Origin: Tubulanus polymorphus
Taxonomy: Eukaryota > Animalia > Nemertea
Reading direction: 5' to 3'
Assembly (NCBI RefSeq): GCF_964204645.1
Contig: NC_134035.1
Location: forward strand, 5,828,001 to 5,892,000
Length of the DNA: 64,000 bases
The notes under the pieces are model-generated. The model was not told where the DNA came from, did not search any database, and was given only the letters and a program-made list of their open reading frames with translations. Every line of letters starts with the position of its first letter. The first letter of the stretch is position 1. The position numbers and the translations under genes are program-made. Positions 26,079-43,000 of this stretch are shown here, one piece after another.

Positions 26079-28881
26079 CTACACGCATTTCATTTGGGCA
26101 AGCGCAGCGCCACCAGACGTCTTTTTTCGACAACTTTCAGACACCATAAGACACCTGGAATAAAAAAAGATTGAGATGTAGAATTCGATGGGTCCTCCGC
26201 TCGAATACAGCCTCCTTCGTCCTATCCCCCTTTATACACTCAATCTATTTTGCGTATCTATAAAAATGTTGCTGTCAAAAAAAAGATGAATAAAGATATC
26301 GTTATCAAAGGTTCTACGGGCCGCCTCATGAACTTCTTTTGGGAAAATATGATTATTTTGAATAGGAAGAGACAATCTTATAGGTTCTAATTTCGTTAGT
26401 TGGAAATCAGCATTTTAGAATGAATCTTATAAGTGAATTTTTTAGAGCTTATATTGGGTCGAAGAAAAATTGATTAAAAGGAAGTCTTTTCTGTAAGAAG
26501 TATATATGGACCATACGAAGAAAAAAAACAATTAAGTAAAATATGTTTTTGATCCGCTGATTCGAAGGGTAAGGTACTTGATCCTGTTTCTAAGAGAACT
26601 AAGAAAAATTCATTCCCGCCATAATTTGAATATTAGAAAATAACCGCTTACTGATTGTCGAATGGTTTGCTCTTTCCTCCATCTTTAGCCGAGCAATTAC
26701 CGATTTTCTGACTGGAGCACGGGTAGATGATACAAGAGCATGTCGGCGTACCGTTAGCGGCAAGCGTGCATTCGCTAAACATCGGGCATTTATGGAAGTT
26801 GCACTTGCCTGAAATTCAATCATCAAATGTTGATTATGGTTGCACTACGTCCAAGGCTACGGTCACACAACAGCTTCTGCAGCTCGAGCTACGGTCGTTC
26901 TGCAGTTCATGCTACGGTGGTTCTACTAGAGCTCAGGCTACAGTCGTTCTACGGCTCAAGCTACAGTCGTTCAACAGCTCGGGATACGGTCGTTCTACAG
27001 CTCGGCATACGGTCGTTCTATAGCTTAAGCTACGGTCATTCTACAGCTCAGGATACGGTCGTTCTACAGCTCAAGTTAGGTCGTTCTACAGCTCAGGCTA
27101 CGGTCGTTTTACAGCTCAAGCTAGGTCAGTCTAAAGCTTAAGCTACGGTCATTCTACAGCTCAGGATACGGTTGTTCTACGGCTTAAGCTACGGTCGTTC
27201 TAGGGCACAGGCTACGGTCGTTCTACAGCTCAAGCTACGGTCGTTCTACAGCTCAAGTTACAGTCGTTCTACAGCTCAGGTTACGGTCGTTCTACGGCTT
27301 AGGCTACGGTCGTTCTACGGCTCAGGATACGGTCGTTCTACAGCTCAGGATACGGTCGTTCTACGGCTCAAGCTACGGTCGTTCTACAGCTCAGGTTACG
27401 GTCGTTCTACGGCACAGGTTACAGTCGTTCTACGGCTCAGGCTACGGTCGTTCTACGGCTCAGGCTACGGTCGTTCTACGGCACAGGCTACGGTCATTCT
27501 ACAGCTCAGGATACGGTCGTTCTACAGCTCAAGTTACAGTCGTTCTACAGCTCAGGTTACGGTCGTTCTACGGCTTAGGCTACGGTCGTTCTACGGCTCA
27601 GGATACGGTCGTTCTACAGCTCAGGCTACGGTCGTTCTACGGCTCAAGCTACGATCGTTCTACAGCTCAGGTTACGGTCGTTCTACGGCACAGGTTACAG
27701 TCGTTCTACGGCTCAGGCTACGGTCGTTCTACGGCTCAGGCTACGGTCGTTCTACAGCTCAGGATACGGTCGTTCTACAGCTCAGGTTACGGTCGTTCTA
27801 CAGCTCAGGTTACGGTCGTTCTACGGCTCAAGTTACAGTCGTTCTACAGGTCAGGTTACGGTCGTTCTACGGCACAGGCTACAGTCGTTCTACGGCTCAG
27901 GCTACGGTCGTTCTACAGCTCAAGTTACAGTCGTTCTACAGCTCAGGTTACGGTCGTTCTACGGCACAGGCTACAGTCGTTCTACGGCTCAGGCTACGGT
28001 CGTTCTACAGCTCGGGCTACGGTCGTTCTACGGCTCAGGTTACGGTCGATCTACAGCTCGGGCTACAGTCGTTCTACGGCACAGGCTACGGTCGTTCTGC
28101 AGCTCAGGTTACGGTCGATCTACAGCTCAGGTTACGGTCGTTCTCCGGCTGAGGCTACAGTCACAATGAGGCTTAGATTGCTTACTTACCGGTTCAGACA
28201 GGTTGTTAGATTATCTGAATGAACCGGTGCCGTAATTTCCAATTATGTATACTTCGATTTAAAGGTAAAATTGAATTCGTCGCCGAGCATGCAACTATAT
28301 CTGTACTTCGATTTCCGATTTTAAAATCTAACCCCTAGTGTTTCGGTCAAGGCAGGTGCGATGGGTTCGTTAAAGGCCACCGAATCAGAACGAACCAGAC
28401 CAAATCTACCAATCAATAACAGGGCCAATTCCTAGTTTTTAGATCAGAATAGATTGCTTACTTTTACAGACGCCATGTCTTCCATACGCGGCATCGCCCC
28501 GACATACATATCCAACTATACAGGCCCCATCCGACGAACAAGAATCATCTTCAGCCTAAATTAGAATTTGATCTAAATTTCTTTCAATCAAAATAATGAT
28601 GCTGCTTGGAAATGAAATGAAAAAAGACTTAATGAAGCTATTATGATCGGAATCTTAGAATCGACAAAGCTCTGGGCGCGGATTTTGCTTACCTTGCCGC
28701 AGTTACAGAAACACTGACTGCCATCAGGCTGATTGTATCCGATCATGTCCCCGAGACCCGACACTGACGACGGCTCACAAGCGCAATTCTTACACACAAT
28801 AAAACTCGGCGAAACAGCTGAGGAACCGCCCAACCAGGAAACCAAGCCCACCATCGTCAACGATAGCGATAAACTGTACAT
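26079..28881 (-). CDS. Small secreted Cys-rich protein (171 aa): signal peptide, IGFBP-N-like module and follistatin/Kazal domain; 4 exons
   Basis: Exons 28881-28693, 28555-28462, 26808-26652 and 26154-26079 total 516 nt in frame: ...CKNCAC...DGSQCFCNCGKAEDDSC...CIVGYVC...GVCKSKCNFHKCPMFSEC...PTCSC...PC...C...FDNQCLMVSESC...KCV*. Confidence 0.82.
26852..28162. repeat. 23-bp minisatellite (consensus CTACAGCTCAGGCTACGGTCGTT, about 57 copies) inside intron 2 of the IGFBP/Kazal gene
   Basis: Head-to-tail 23-bp units with no spacers, degenerate at the left edge. Confidence 0.97.
28188..28449 (+). mobile_element. Retroposon-like insertion flanked by a 14-bp TSD (TAGATTGCTTACTT)
   Basis: Direct repeats at 28174-28187 and 28450-28463. 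The body is homologous to the reverse complement of 61641-61920, including an exact 18-bp core GCAACTATATCTGTACTT. Confidence 0.7.
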
Positions 28882-29274
28882 CTTGAGCGCTTAGACAGTT
28901 CGGTCGAAATTACAATTTTGATCTGAAACGGAATATCTTACTTTCTTAGACAATTGAAGTGTCCAGTACCAGCACGGGACTTAGTGCCTTAATGTTTTAG
29001 ATACAGCTCGCTCTACTCTAATATAATATAATAATAATCTATTTTCTTATATAGGGCCGTACTAATGGAATTTAATTACGGCGCTTTACTAACCATAAAA
29101 AAATAAGAACCATTAAGATTCAGTACGCCTGATGATTGCTAATAGTGTTTAGCCGAAACTTTGCTCTTAATAAATTCTCTTCTATTCAAGTATTTCTAAT
29201 CTCGGACTGAATCATTGTGGGATTTCTCTCATCATTAAGATACAATAAAACATCAAGAAATTAGTTATCGTGTC

Positions 29275-29625
29275 AAATCAAAATTGTAATGTTGAAAACA
29301 AAATGTTGCTCTACTTGCACTGGGTCCCTCGTTATCGTATCACTACCGCAATCAAAATTGCAATGTGAAAAACAAAAGAATCAACTACTTGCGATTGAAT
29401 TTTAGGAATCGAGTTAATGAAAATGATTATGTGATCAAAATTATAATGTGGAAAACAACAAGAAAAATCAACTGGAAAATAAACTCAACAAATTCTGATT
29501 AGATATTAGGAAAAAATCGAGTTAATGAAAATGATTATGTAATCAAAATTATAATGTGGAAAACAACAAAAATCGTCTGATTGAATGTTAGGAAAAAATT
29601 GAGTTAAATGAAAATGATGATATGT
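29275..29625. repeat. Degenerate AT-rich tandem duplications (unit up to about 110 bp)
   Basis: Recurring gagttaatgaaaatgattatg.atcaaaattataatgtggaaaacaacaa and atcaaaattg.aatgt.aaaacaaaa blocks. Confidence 0.6.
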
Positions 29626-30080
29626 AATTAGCTTTATTCTATATATTACAAGATACGGTTTAGAAGGATCCAGTGCTATAGCCCTAACAGGCTGCATTTA
29701 CAAATAAGACACTGAACCCCTAAATGACTTCACAATCCATCATAAACAATAAGATATTTTCGCTAAATTCTAAAATATGGTAAAAAGCGTAGTAATCTTT
29801 TTTTGATAATGAGTATTAAATCTTACCTGCGCAGTATATCCTTACAGACAGATACAAATATTCACAATAGACAGATGGTTTCTAGATGCGCTAGGCTTGC
29901 CAGATGATGGGGACAGTAATATGATACCCATTACAATATTCGAGGACTAAAATGGGCTATAAGTGTGATAATGTAAATTCATTGAATTGATTAAACCCGG
30001 ACTGGGCAATGAGTACTGATTTGAAATATCGAACATCAACTTTTATTTAGTTAAATCATAAAGACCTCGTTTAAGAGTCC

Positions 30081-30527
30081 ATGGATAAGCTGGAGTCATC
30101 TATAGCCGAAGACCCTTCTCTGGAGCCGGTTTTACCTAAATCGAAAACTCTTAAAATCAATTTACTTCACAAAGTACTTCAACCTTTTTTGAGAATGTTC
30201 TCTCACAATGGGGTAAAGTAACCCGCTAATATGGCATTCTTTACTTTCAGCAACGTATGTTTGATACTCCCATTGTTGATGCCGTAGGGGCTCAGTGCCT
30301 TGTGGAGTGGGAAAACTATAACAGATCAGTGCACGACACGATCTGTATATCCCATCTGGAGCCTAATCAGTATGACAATGTCAGATGCAAAGGTTTTTGT
30401 TTGTTTTTAAATACACATGAATCGATTCGGCGGAATATAGCTGATCCGTTCGACGTGGTTGATAATTTCCAGCTCAAGAATTTCATATTTGACTGGACGC
30501 TGGCTTGTGATTCGTCACATGAAAAGG
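30081..30527 (+). other. Unidentified exon-like coding segments, possibly a pseudogene
   Basis: Acceptor tttcag at 30250, open frame FDTPIVDAVGAQCLVEWENY...WTLACDSSHEK, and donor gtgagg near 30528. An upstream segment reads MDKLESSIAEDPSLEP. No family recognised. Confidence 0.3.
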
Positions 30528-32027
30528 GTGAGGTTTTTGGTGGACTTAAACATAAGGCCCAGTTTAGAGACTGAAATAATCCCTGTAAATTTTGTAACAC
30601 GACTGGTTTTAAGGGTTTAGATTGGCCCCAGTTTCAGTTCAAATCTGGGGTGTTTCATATGGTGAATACATTTTGAGAAAATCTTCGCCTCGGAAAATCT
30701 CAATTCTAACGCAACGAAGCGAATAGAATTTAATCTATTTCTTTTAATTTCGAAATAAGCTTTAAACCTTTAATACGAATTGATTTCTTATTGATTTGAG
30801 TAGAACAATTCCTGAAGATGACTATGAGAATATATTTGAAACGTCGAAAATGTGACATTAACCAAAAGAACCTTTTCGAACTCGTTCTTCTTTTCTAAAT
30901 GCGGGATTCAACTCCATCAATTGATTTCATATTTCAACGCTATGATTTTATACTATAGGTATAAAATGCGTGCCATTGACTTTATACGTATTCAAAACGT
31001 ACCCCATCTGGAACCGAATCTCATGAAATTGAGACGCTTGAATTTTGTTTTAATACTTGATATCAAACAAACTGGCGTTGAGCGGTCGCTCGTCGATATT
31101 CCGGCATATGTCGAGCCGATCTGGTTACATCGTTAATAAAGCCAAATATCGAACGATGTTAAATAATAATTCGTCGGCTATACGAATATTCAATATTAAT
31201 ATATTCATGATATGTACCGCGGGCCGGGATAAATAGTTGTGAATATCAGTATTCTCGCTTCTGAATAAAGGGAAGAACTGAGTATATAATATCATATAAA
31301 TCATCATCATCTTTATTTTCATTTTTAATTTCAGTTACATATGGATTATGAAAAATCATTATCAGTGCACTGGTATACATGAATGTACATGTATAACGTA
31401 TATAGATATAAGTGAATAAATGAATATCAATAAATCATAACATAAGAGTTAATATATTTCACGTTATATATAACTGGAATAGGAGAGGGGGGGAACAGTA
31501 TAAAAGCCGAGGTTGTAAGTGACTGGCCCCTTAACCCTTCCCTAAACCAAGTTTTCACAGCCACGCAACAACCACGCAACACAGTCACACAACAGTTATG
31601 AGTTCAAATTTGATTAACTGAAAAATGATAAAATCAGTTAAAAGAATCACAATATCCGCGATGCAGTAATAAGACGTTATCAATGAAATGATTTTAGACT
31701 GAAAGGTGGCAGTAATCACCCGCAATATTTCTATTCAGATAAACCTTCGTCAACTTGAAAATGTGGGATTTGAAATGAACTGATTCCAAACTCTCAACTG
31801 TGGAATCGAATCCTGCAAGTTCACCCAAATTCTACAATGTCGACGTCTTGTTCTTCTCACGAACCGGGTGGACTGGCGTCCTATACAGCGATGAAATAAC
31901 AAAGAGTTCTAATAGTTCTTTATTTATTGATTTGATTAATGAAATGGATAGATTTTGATAATCATAAAACATGAAGCACTAGTATTTCATTCATTATATC
32001 TCCCCGCAACATTTCAAAGCCGTCTTT

Positions 32028-36238
<4,211 letters not shown>

Positions 36239-37308
36239 CTTGTAAAACTGGTCAGGAGTGTTTTTAAGATTCCGCATTCGTTTATAAAATGCTAGCTCAC
36301 TGTTAAAACCCCCGTGACAATCGATCAGTCTTGTGATTATATTTTTGTTCTAGATCCTTTTAATCTTATAATATTTGAAATGTCAGATTAATCATCACCA
36401 ACAAAATTCGGGATATCGATCTATTCTAACTGCGCTGTGATAAGGGGTAGAAATTGCCCCCGTTTTCTTGACCACTAGACCTTTGAAACGATGCACTTCA
36501 ACTATCTTTTTGGGCCGTACACAATAGCTTTAGAATGTGTTAGGGATTTTGTACTTCTGGAACCGAGCCTTAACTCGCTTCGTGTTACGCGGAAAAAAAG
36601 ATTGAGTGAGAGCAATTCATTAATAAATTAAAGCAAATCATTTATTTTTCTGTAATTGTTTTTACATTATATTTATATTCGCACAAAATTCATTAGCGGC
36701 TAACGATGAGTCGAGATTCAAAGAAACTCGGTTTGTCAGCCGAAACCTTAATGTTTTAACTCCTACAATTCCCTTTTTAGTTATGTTTGAAATACTAACA
36801 CTCGTAGTTAATTGTTTTCTGCGAGGAACTGAAACTAAAAAATCCGGCGCCGAATAAGTTTTTCCTTATTAACTTAATTTCGCAAATGTTTTTGAAATCA
36901 GAAGATAATTTCCTACATATTTCCGAGGTTTATCTTTGTGAGTGAAAAGGATAAGTCTTCCGGAATCCATTTTGGTAAGGAAAACGGTGTTTGTTGGTGT
37001 ATAAGAAAGTCATTGTTTTATGTGCGAGTTCCTTACAGATTTGAAAGTAAATTTAGACAGGTGGGAACGGGTCGTTTCGACTTCTCAATATATACAATAA
37101 AGTCTGAATTGAATTTAACTGGTCGAGTTGGTAACGGATCGGCCGGGGAATACTTCCAGGTCATACCTAATTGCGCGAAGAACTTGAACCGTACGGATTA
37201 AAGTGATAAATTTTCGGTTTACCACGCGAGACTAATTAGGCTTGAGCAACTCTGCCTCGTAAATTTACCACTCTTACGGTATTACATGTAATTACTGTTA
37301 AATTGCGG
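36239..37308. promoter_or_regulatory. Probable divergent promoter region and non-coding first exon between the subtilase and anoctamin genes
   Basis: The genes point away from each other. A CpG-richer segment at about 37050-37308 ends in a strong donor (gcgg|gtaagt). The anoctamin ATG exon is preceded by an acceptor at 39980. Confidence 0.35.
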
Positions 37309-38183
37309 GTAAGTTTTTTTCCAGATTTTAAGCTTTAAATCGAAATAGCGCAATTCAGAATCAAGAGAAGAACTGTCAATTCAAATCAAATCTTATTTGT
37401 GATATAGCATGCATATGCGTTTTTCGTACCGACTCAGTGTAAATATGTTATCACGATATACCTCAGGCCCCGTTATTTTAAGTATATCTTATGTCACATT
37501 CAAAGTACGTTAAACCAAAAAAAAATAATGCAGTGTTGGCACCAGTCACAGATCGGGGGCTTGTAGCCGTAGGCGTAGGGTAGGTAACTTTCATGATGTA
37601 AAAAAATCTGTTGTTGTTAATCCAGTGTCTATGATATATATTGTATATAAAATAACTATTTGATATATATTAACAGATTGTCATTTTAACGCTACCTAAA
37701 ACTCTGATATATGAGCCCTAGCCGAGTGGTTGGCACAAAGTCACAATTATCCAGGCTGAGACTGGATGAAGAGATAGAATGAAGCCGAAGCATAGGCGGA
37801 TCTAGGATTCATTGAAGAAGGGGTGGACCTGAAAATTGGAATTGGAACTTAATTTGACAATTCCAGGGCTGCAAGGGCAATAATGGTGGGGGTTGTGATG
37901 GTTCTGCTACAGAAATTCTAGGACTGAGTGGGGCATTTCTGGCTCATATCAGAGCCCATTTGGATTCATTTTTTACTTAGAATATTTTCTATACAAAAAA
38001 GAAAATTTCCTGACTTTTTGGAGGGCGCATTTGAATTCCGAAAGGGGTGGACTAGTCCACCCTGTCTACCACCCTAAATCCGCCCTAGCCTAACCAAGGG
38101 TTCGTTCATATTTAGATCTCTCCTAGGCCAGGGCTGGCTTGGCCTTTGGGTTGGGGTTACATTTTGGTCAAGTGCTGTGGTAC

Positions 38184-38457
38184 CAGGGCCGTCGGAACTG
38201 GGGCGGCAGGGGTGGCCGCCCAACTTTTTTGCTTAAAAAAAATTTTTTCAAAAGCATGCTGTACCGCGTAGCAGCTCGTCGTTCTCTGTACTAGGTGGTT
38301 GGCTCACAACTTCTCATGCTTCTGTGAATGAGACGGTGAAATGGCCCCAAAACGCATCTCCGGCGATTGAATTTTTCAAAATTTTTCTAGGGGAGGGCCC
38401 CCAGACCACCCTTCAGATATAAGCCTCGCCACTGAAAAATTCCTTCCGGCGGCTCTG
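38184..38457. mobile_element. MITE with CAGGGCCGTCGGAA TIRs and a 5-bp TSD (GGTAC)
   Basis: ggtac|cagggccgtcggaa...ttccggcggctctg|ggtac. Confidence 0.75.
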
Positions 38458-40006
38458 GGTACCGAATCTTTTTTCATTATAAAGACATTATAATTAGAAT
38501 AGACCAGCCAGATCAGTATGTGTCTGCACTTAAATCTGTTGCCATAGATACTGTCGACAATTTACTCTGGTCGCGATGCTGGTGTTTTTGTAGTATCCTG
38601 GATTCCAGGGTCTTTTTGACGCAGTTATATCATCTTATCATCGACTGAGGTCGATTTCTGTCTTTACCGATATCGACGGCGGTTCTGTCTACGGATCTGG
38701 TCGTAATACTTCTGATTTGGTAAAACATCTTATCAACGCTCTATCGTCAATCATTGATAAGATTCAAGTTATTCAAAGTTTGAATAGAAAGGTCGATTTC
38801 TTGCTGAATTTATCAAGCGCTATTTAAAGAATATACGGTCTTTTATAAATACATTAGGTGATTATTTAAACCAGGATTTGCCAAAAACCTGTAAATGTAA
38901 CTATTCTAATATTACTTGATCTCTATTACTGGAACCAGTTCCACGTTTAAGAGTTAGTCGATTCTTGAGTTGAAATTAATAATTCATTTTCAATTAGTTT
39001 CAACTCTTTGATTCAAATCTTAACTCGCAACTGCACAACCGAGCGCTGGTAAATGAAGTTGCAACGAAATATGGAAATGATGTTTCCACTTAAAAAAGTG
39101 CTCGAGATATTTTTAAGCTCATTATTGTCTGATATGTACCCAGCTGAATGTGTACATGTGTACTGCTGATTATGTATTTCTGAAATGTTTCTGTCCTGCT
39201 ATTAGCAACTCAACAAATATTTCACTCAACACAGAGTAGATATAACCAATTGGTTGTGCTAACTATTTTGGTACGTTGATGGGCGGCACCAACTTTGTAG
39301 TACGTATCTGTATTTATTCATGTTGTATATCAAATAAAAGGCCTATTGTGAAATCTAGCGACAAATTTGCGGGAAATGCCGAAATGATTCTTTTGTTAGC
39401 CTGGTAAATATCTAGCTCTAGATGTTCTGTGATAATGTTTTTAGTAGTAGCCAGTGAGGGTTTTTTAGAACAATGCAGCTTTCATAAGTCTTTGCTGATA
39501 TGAGATTTTTTTCAAAACCACTGAACAATCATTCCTTGTGTGAAGATATTTCTATATGAATAGAATTATTATGAATAGAAATAGATTTTACTAAAGATTA
39601 TTGGTTTGGTGTCGCATGTGCTGCGCAAATCTATTTCAAATTCATATGGGGCTATATATCGGTCTGGTCGTATTTAGGTCGTTTTAACTACTGGTAATGA
39701 TATTTTTTGGGTGCTGTTAGGTAAATCTGTATGAGGCTCAGATGTATTGTCGACAAATAGATGAATAAGTCTGTACTTGATGAATTTATCAATGGTATCG
39801 GTCATATCGTGAAAAGTTTATTCCTCTTTAATCGGTGCCCCCAGGCATGGCGATATTCAATGAAACAATGAGATAAAAAAAAACATTTCGTTCAATTTTT
39901 CCTGTCTTGTCATCAGGGAGGATATAATAAGGATATAAATTATAAGTATCTGGAATTTATCGGCATTATCTATTTTTCAGCTTCAGCGCTGCTGTGAGCG
40001 GTCACC

Positions 40007-43000
40007 ATGACAACTGAGGATAAACCAAGCGATAAGGAAGAAGTCACAACTGCTTTAGTCGGTAAGAGTCGCGACCTTAACGTTCAAAAATAATATCGCT
40101 AATATTCCGTTTTTGAAGCTTCATTTCATATGTTTCTGTAAGTTGCCACCAGGGGGCACTAACTACAATATGTAACGATCTGGAAAGCAAAACAAACTTA
40201 ATTCAATACTTTGTAAAATATCTTTTAATTTATTTTTAAGGGATAAATTTAAGAGCCCTTGGCTATCATATATAAAGAAAACCTTTGATGACTGTGGTTT
40301 GTCCTGCATTTGGACGCAGTAATTCATGACAAATAGTAAATCTTTTTCAAAACGAATAAAACAGATACTCCGTGACCAGCACCTTCAGGAAACGGGTATC
40401 TGCCATAAATACTAATTTGATATACACTAACTTTAGGCAATATAAAAATGATATTAGGTTAGAGAAGTATATAATAGAACATGGTGATGACTTAGGAACT
40501 AGTTTATTTGAATTTAGGGTTGGGTCCTATATTTTACCAAATTTTCAAACCTTCATTTAGACAGAGCCGATAGAATATGCCCCACTTGTAATACTTTAGG
40601 TGACGAATCCCATTTTCTGTTTGACTGTACCTTACTTAACGAACCCTGCAAAAACTATTTGAATTTGAATACCTTTAATACCCTTGATATTCTGAAAAAC
40701 CCAACGGTCAAATTAGCTAAATTCATTAAGACCGGCTTAGATGTATATAGATCCCTCCAATAGTATATATAGTATTGTAAATAGTTGATGTATATATATT
40801 TTGTTACGTTTTCATTCTCTAAATTTTAATCATTTCAGTGTTGTTTTGTAAATATTTGTATATACATGTGTAATAGTTTTCCTCCATATACCATGGAAAT
40901 GGTTAGAGTGTAAATAAAATCGTAATCGTAATCGTAAACGAGTTTTTCAAAGGATCTAACCGATTGAAATTGCGGGCCATGTAATTTGAAGGTCAGTTTA
41001 GCTTTCAGCGGACACGTGTCCTGGGTGTGTAAACATGTGCGTTCACATTCGGACACGGTTTTCTAGTTGGATGAATTGAAATAATAACATATCCAAGCTA
41101 CGTAATACCATTCATACTTATACATAACGCTTATAGAAAGGATATTCAGCAAATCTCTGTAAACAACATGGCATACTCCGGTAGTGGTATAGCGTTGTAG
41201 TGTGAATCGAGCTTTATTATTGAAATGGGCAGCTGTTTTTTTGTATAGTGTATAGAAAACGATATATAAGTTCCACATTACACAATATACACTATTGCAT
41301 AAATAGCTGTAAAAACTCTTGTCTCTTTTATGTACGAATAGATAATAATAATTGGACTGAATTTATGTTTTTTTTTTCAGGCACCAGGTCTACGGCGAAC
41401 AATGAAGGAAAAAATCTCGATACTTTACATTCTGATATACCGGAGGTAACAATCTCGGTTCTTTGTCATATGGTGCTCTATCAAAAGCATATATTCAAAT
41501 TGATATGACGAACCTACCGATCAAATAAATGACGGGGAGAATCCCTATTTAATGGTTTAAAAAACCAAGCCCTGGTTTTAAAGACTGCTATCAACTTTAA
41601 CCGGGGGTTAACTCAATCATAAGTGATATTGATATGACGAAACTACCGATCAAATAGATAACACAGAGAATCTCTATTTAATGATTTTAAAAAACCAAGG
41701 TGGGTATCATAGACTGGTATCAATTTTAACCCGGGGTTTACTTAATAGAAAATGTGTTAATACCGATCGATGAAACCGGGGCCCCTGATGTGAAGAAAAT
41801 TTAGACTTCGTAATGAGCAGCACGGTTTTTGTGTTGACATTTTCTAGGGTCGCAATCTCTTTTTCGACGAAGATCCGACGTGTCGGATCGACTTCGTCCT
41901 GGCGTACAATCCGGTGAAGAAAAACGGCGACCGTTTGGAAACGATACGTCAAACGTTCGAGGAAAATCTACGAAAAGAAGGTTTGAAGTTGGAGTACTGG
42001 CGAGTGGTAAGTTTCTCGGCTGTAGCCGTGAGGGGTAATGTTGTCACCCCACGGGTATACGGGAATGCAGACCGTGTTCTTCACCCAGTTCTGGAAGTGG
42101 TTCCATCCACACTATGCTGCTCTACAATCCTAATGTACCTCCGTGGTATATTTTGACATGATTAAGTAAATTACAGGGTCAATCCCTAATTTAAGGTAAT
42201 AAAAAAAATGAGATACTAAGGTTCTTGGTGAGGGGATATTGTTGTCCTGGCAGCTTGCTGACATTGTTCCCCGTGCTACAGTTTTTGACTGATTTTCCTA
42301 CAACGCTGTATTTTGGTTTAAGATGGAAGGTGTATGTGCCTTATCGGTTTTGACTTATGTCTGTTTCGATTTTAGGAAGGTAAATTGCAGCATTTCGTCA
42401 AGATTCACGCGCCTTGGGAGGTTCTGTCACGATACGCCGAAATCATGAAAATTCGCATGCCGATGAAAGACGTAAGTTTGAATTTTGAATTTCAAAATGG
42501 AAAAAGAGGCAGAGGATAGAATTAGGGTTCCCATGTGTTTTGGAAAAAGGAATTTTTTTTCCATTTATAAGAATGGAACAAAGTTTATATCCAACTTTCA
42601 TTTAGAAGGATTTTTCTGTCCGCAATAGTAGGCCTAGGCTGTTGCATATTTTGTAGCAAAAATCAATCACAAAATTTTAGCTAATGACATGTCCTATGAT
42701 TGCGGTGAGTGGCGAGTATTCATACCCCAGGAGGCGTTGACAGTATATTGAAGCCAAGTTGGCACGGTGTCTCTGGACCCCCTAGTTACGAATGGTTTTA
42801 TTCCAACTCTACGTCCATCTTCGATAGAGTTTATTAGTATAGAGCTTTCTAATAATTACTCGGCGTAGACTCTGTCTCCTCTGCCGTCAGCTACGTGCGG
42901 ACTCTTGTCTCCGCCGTCGGCTACACGCACCTGCTTAACCCGATCTTACTTACATGAGATTAGCTTCAAATGAACCTTTTTCGCCAGGGACCTGAAAACG

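Noticed and set aside
27172-28152. 326-aa repetitive ORF
   Set aside because: Artefact of a stop-free 23-bp unit read through all three frames. It has no ATG start and is antisense within an intron.
26852-28162. CRISPR-like array
   Set aside because: Units are head-to-tail with no unique spacers, no cas genes are present, and the array lies in a eukaryotic intron.
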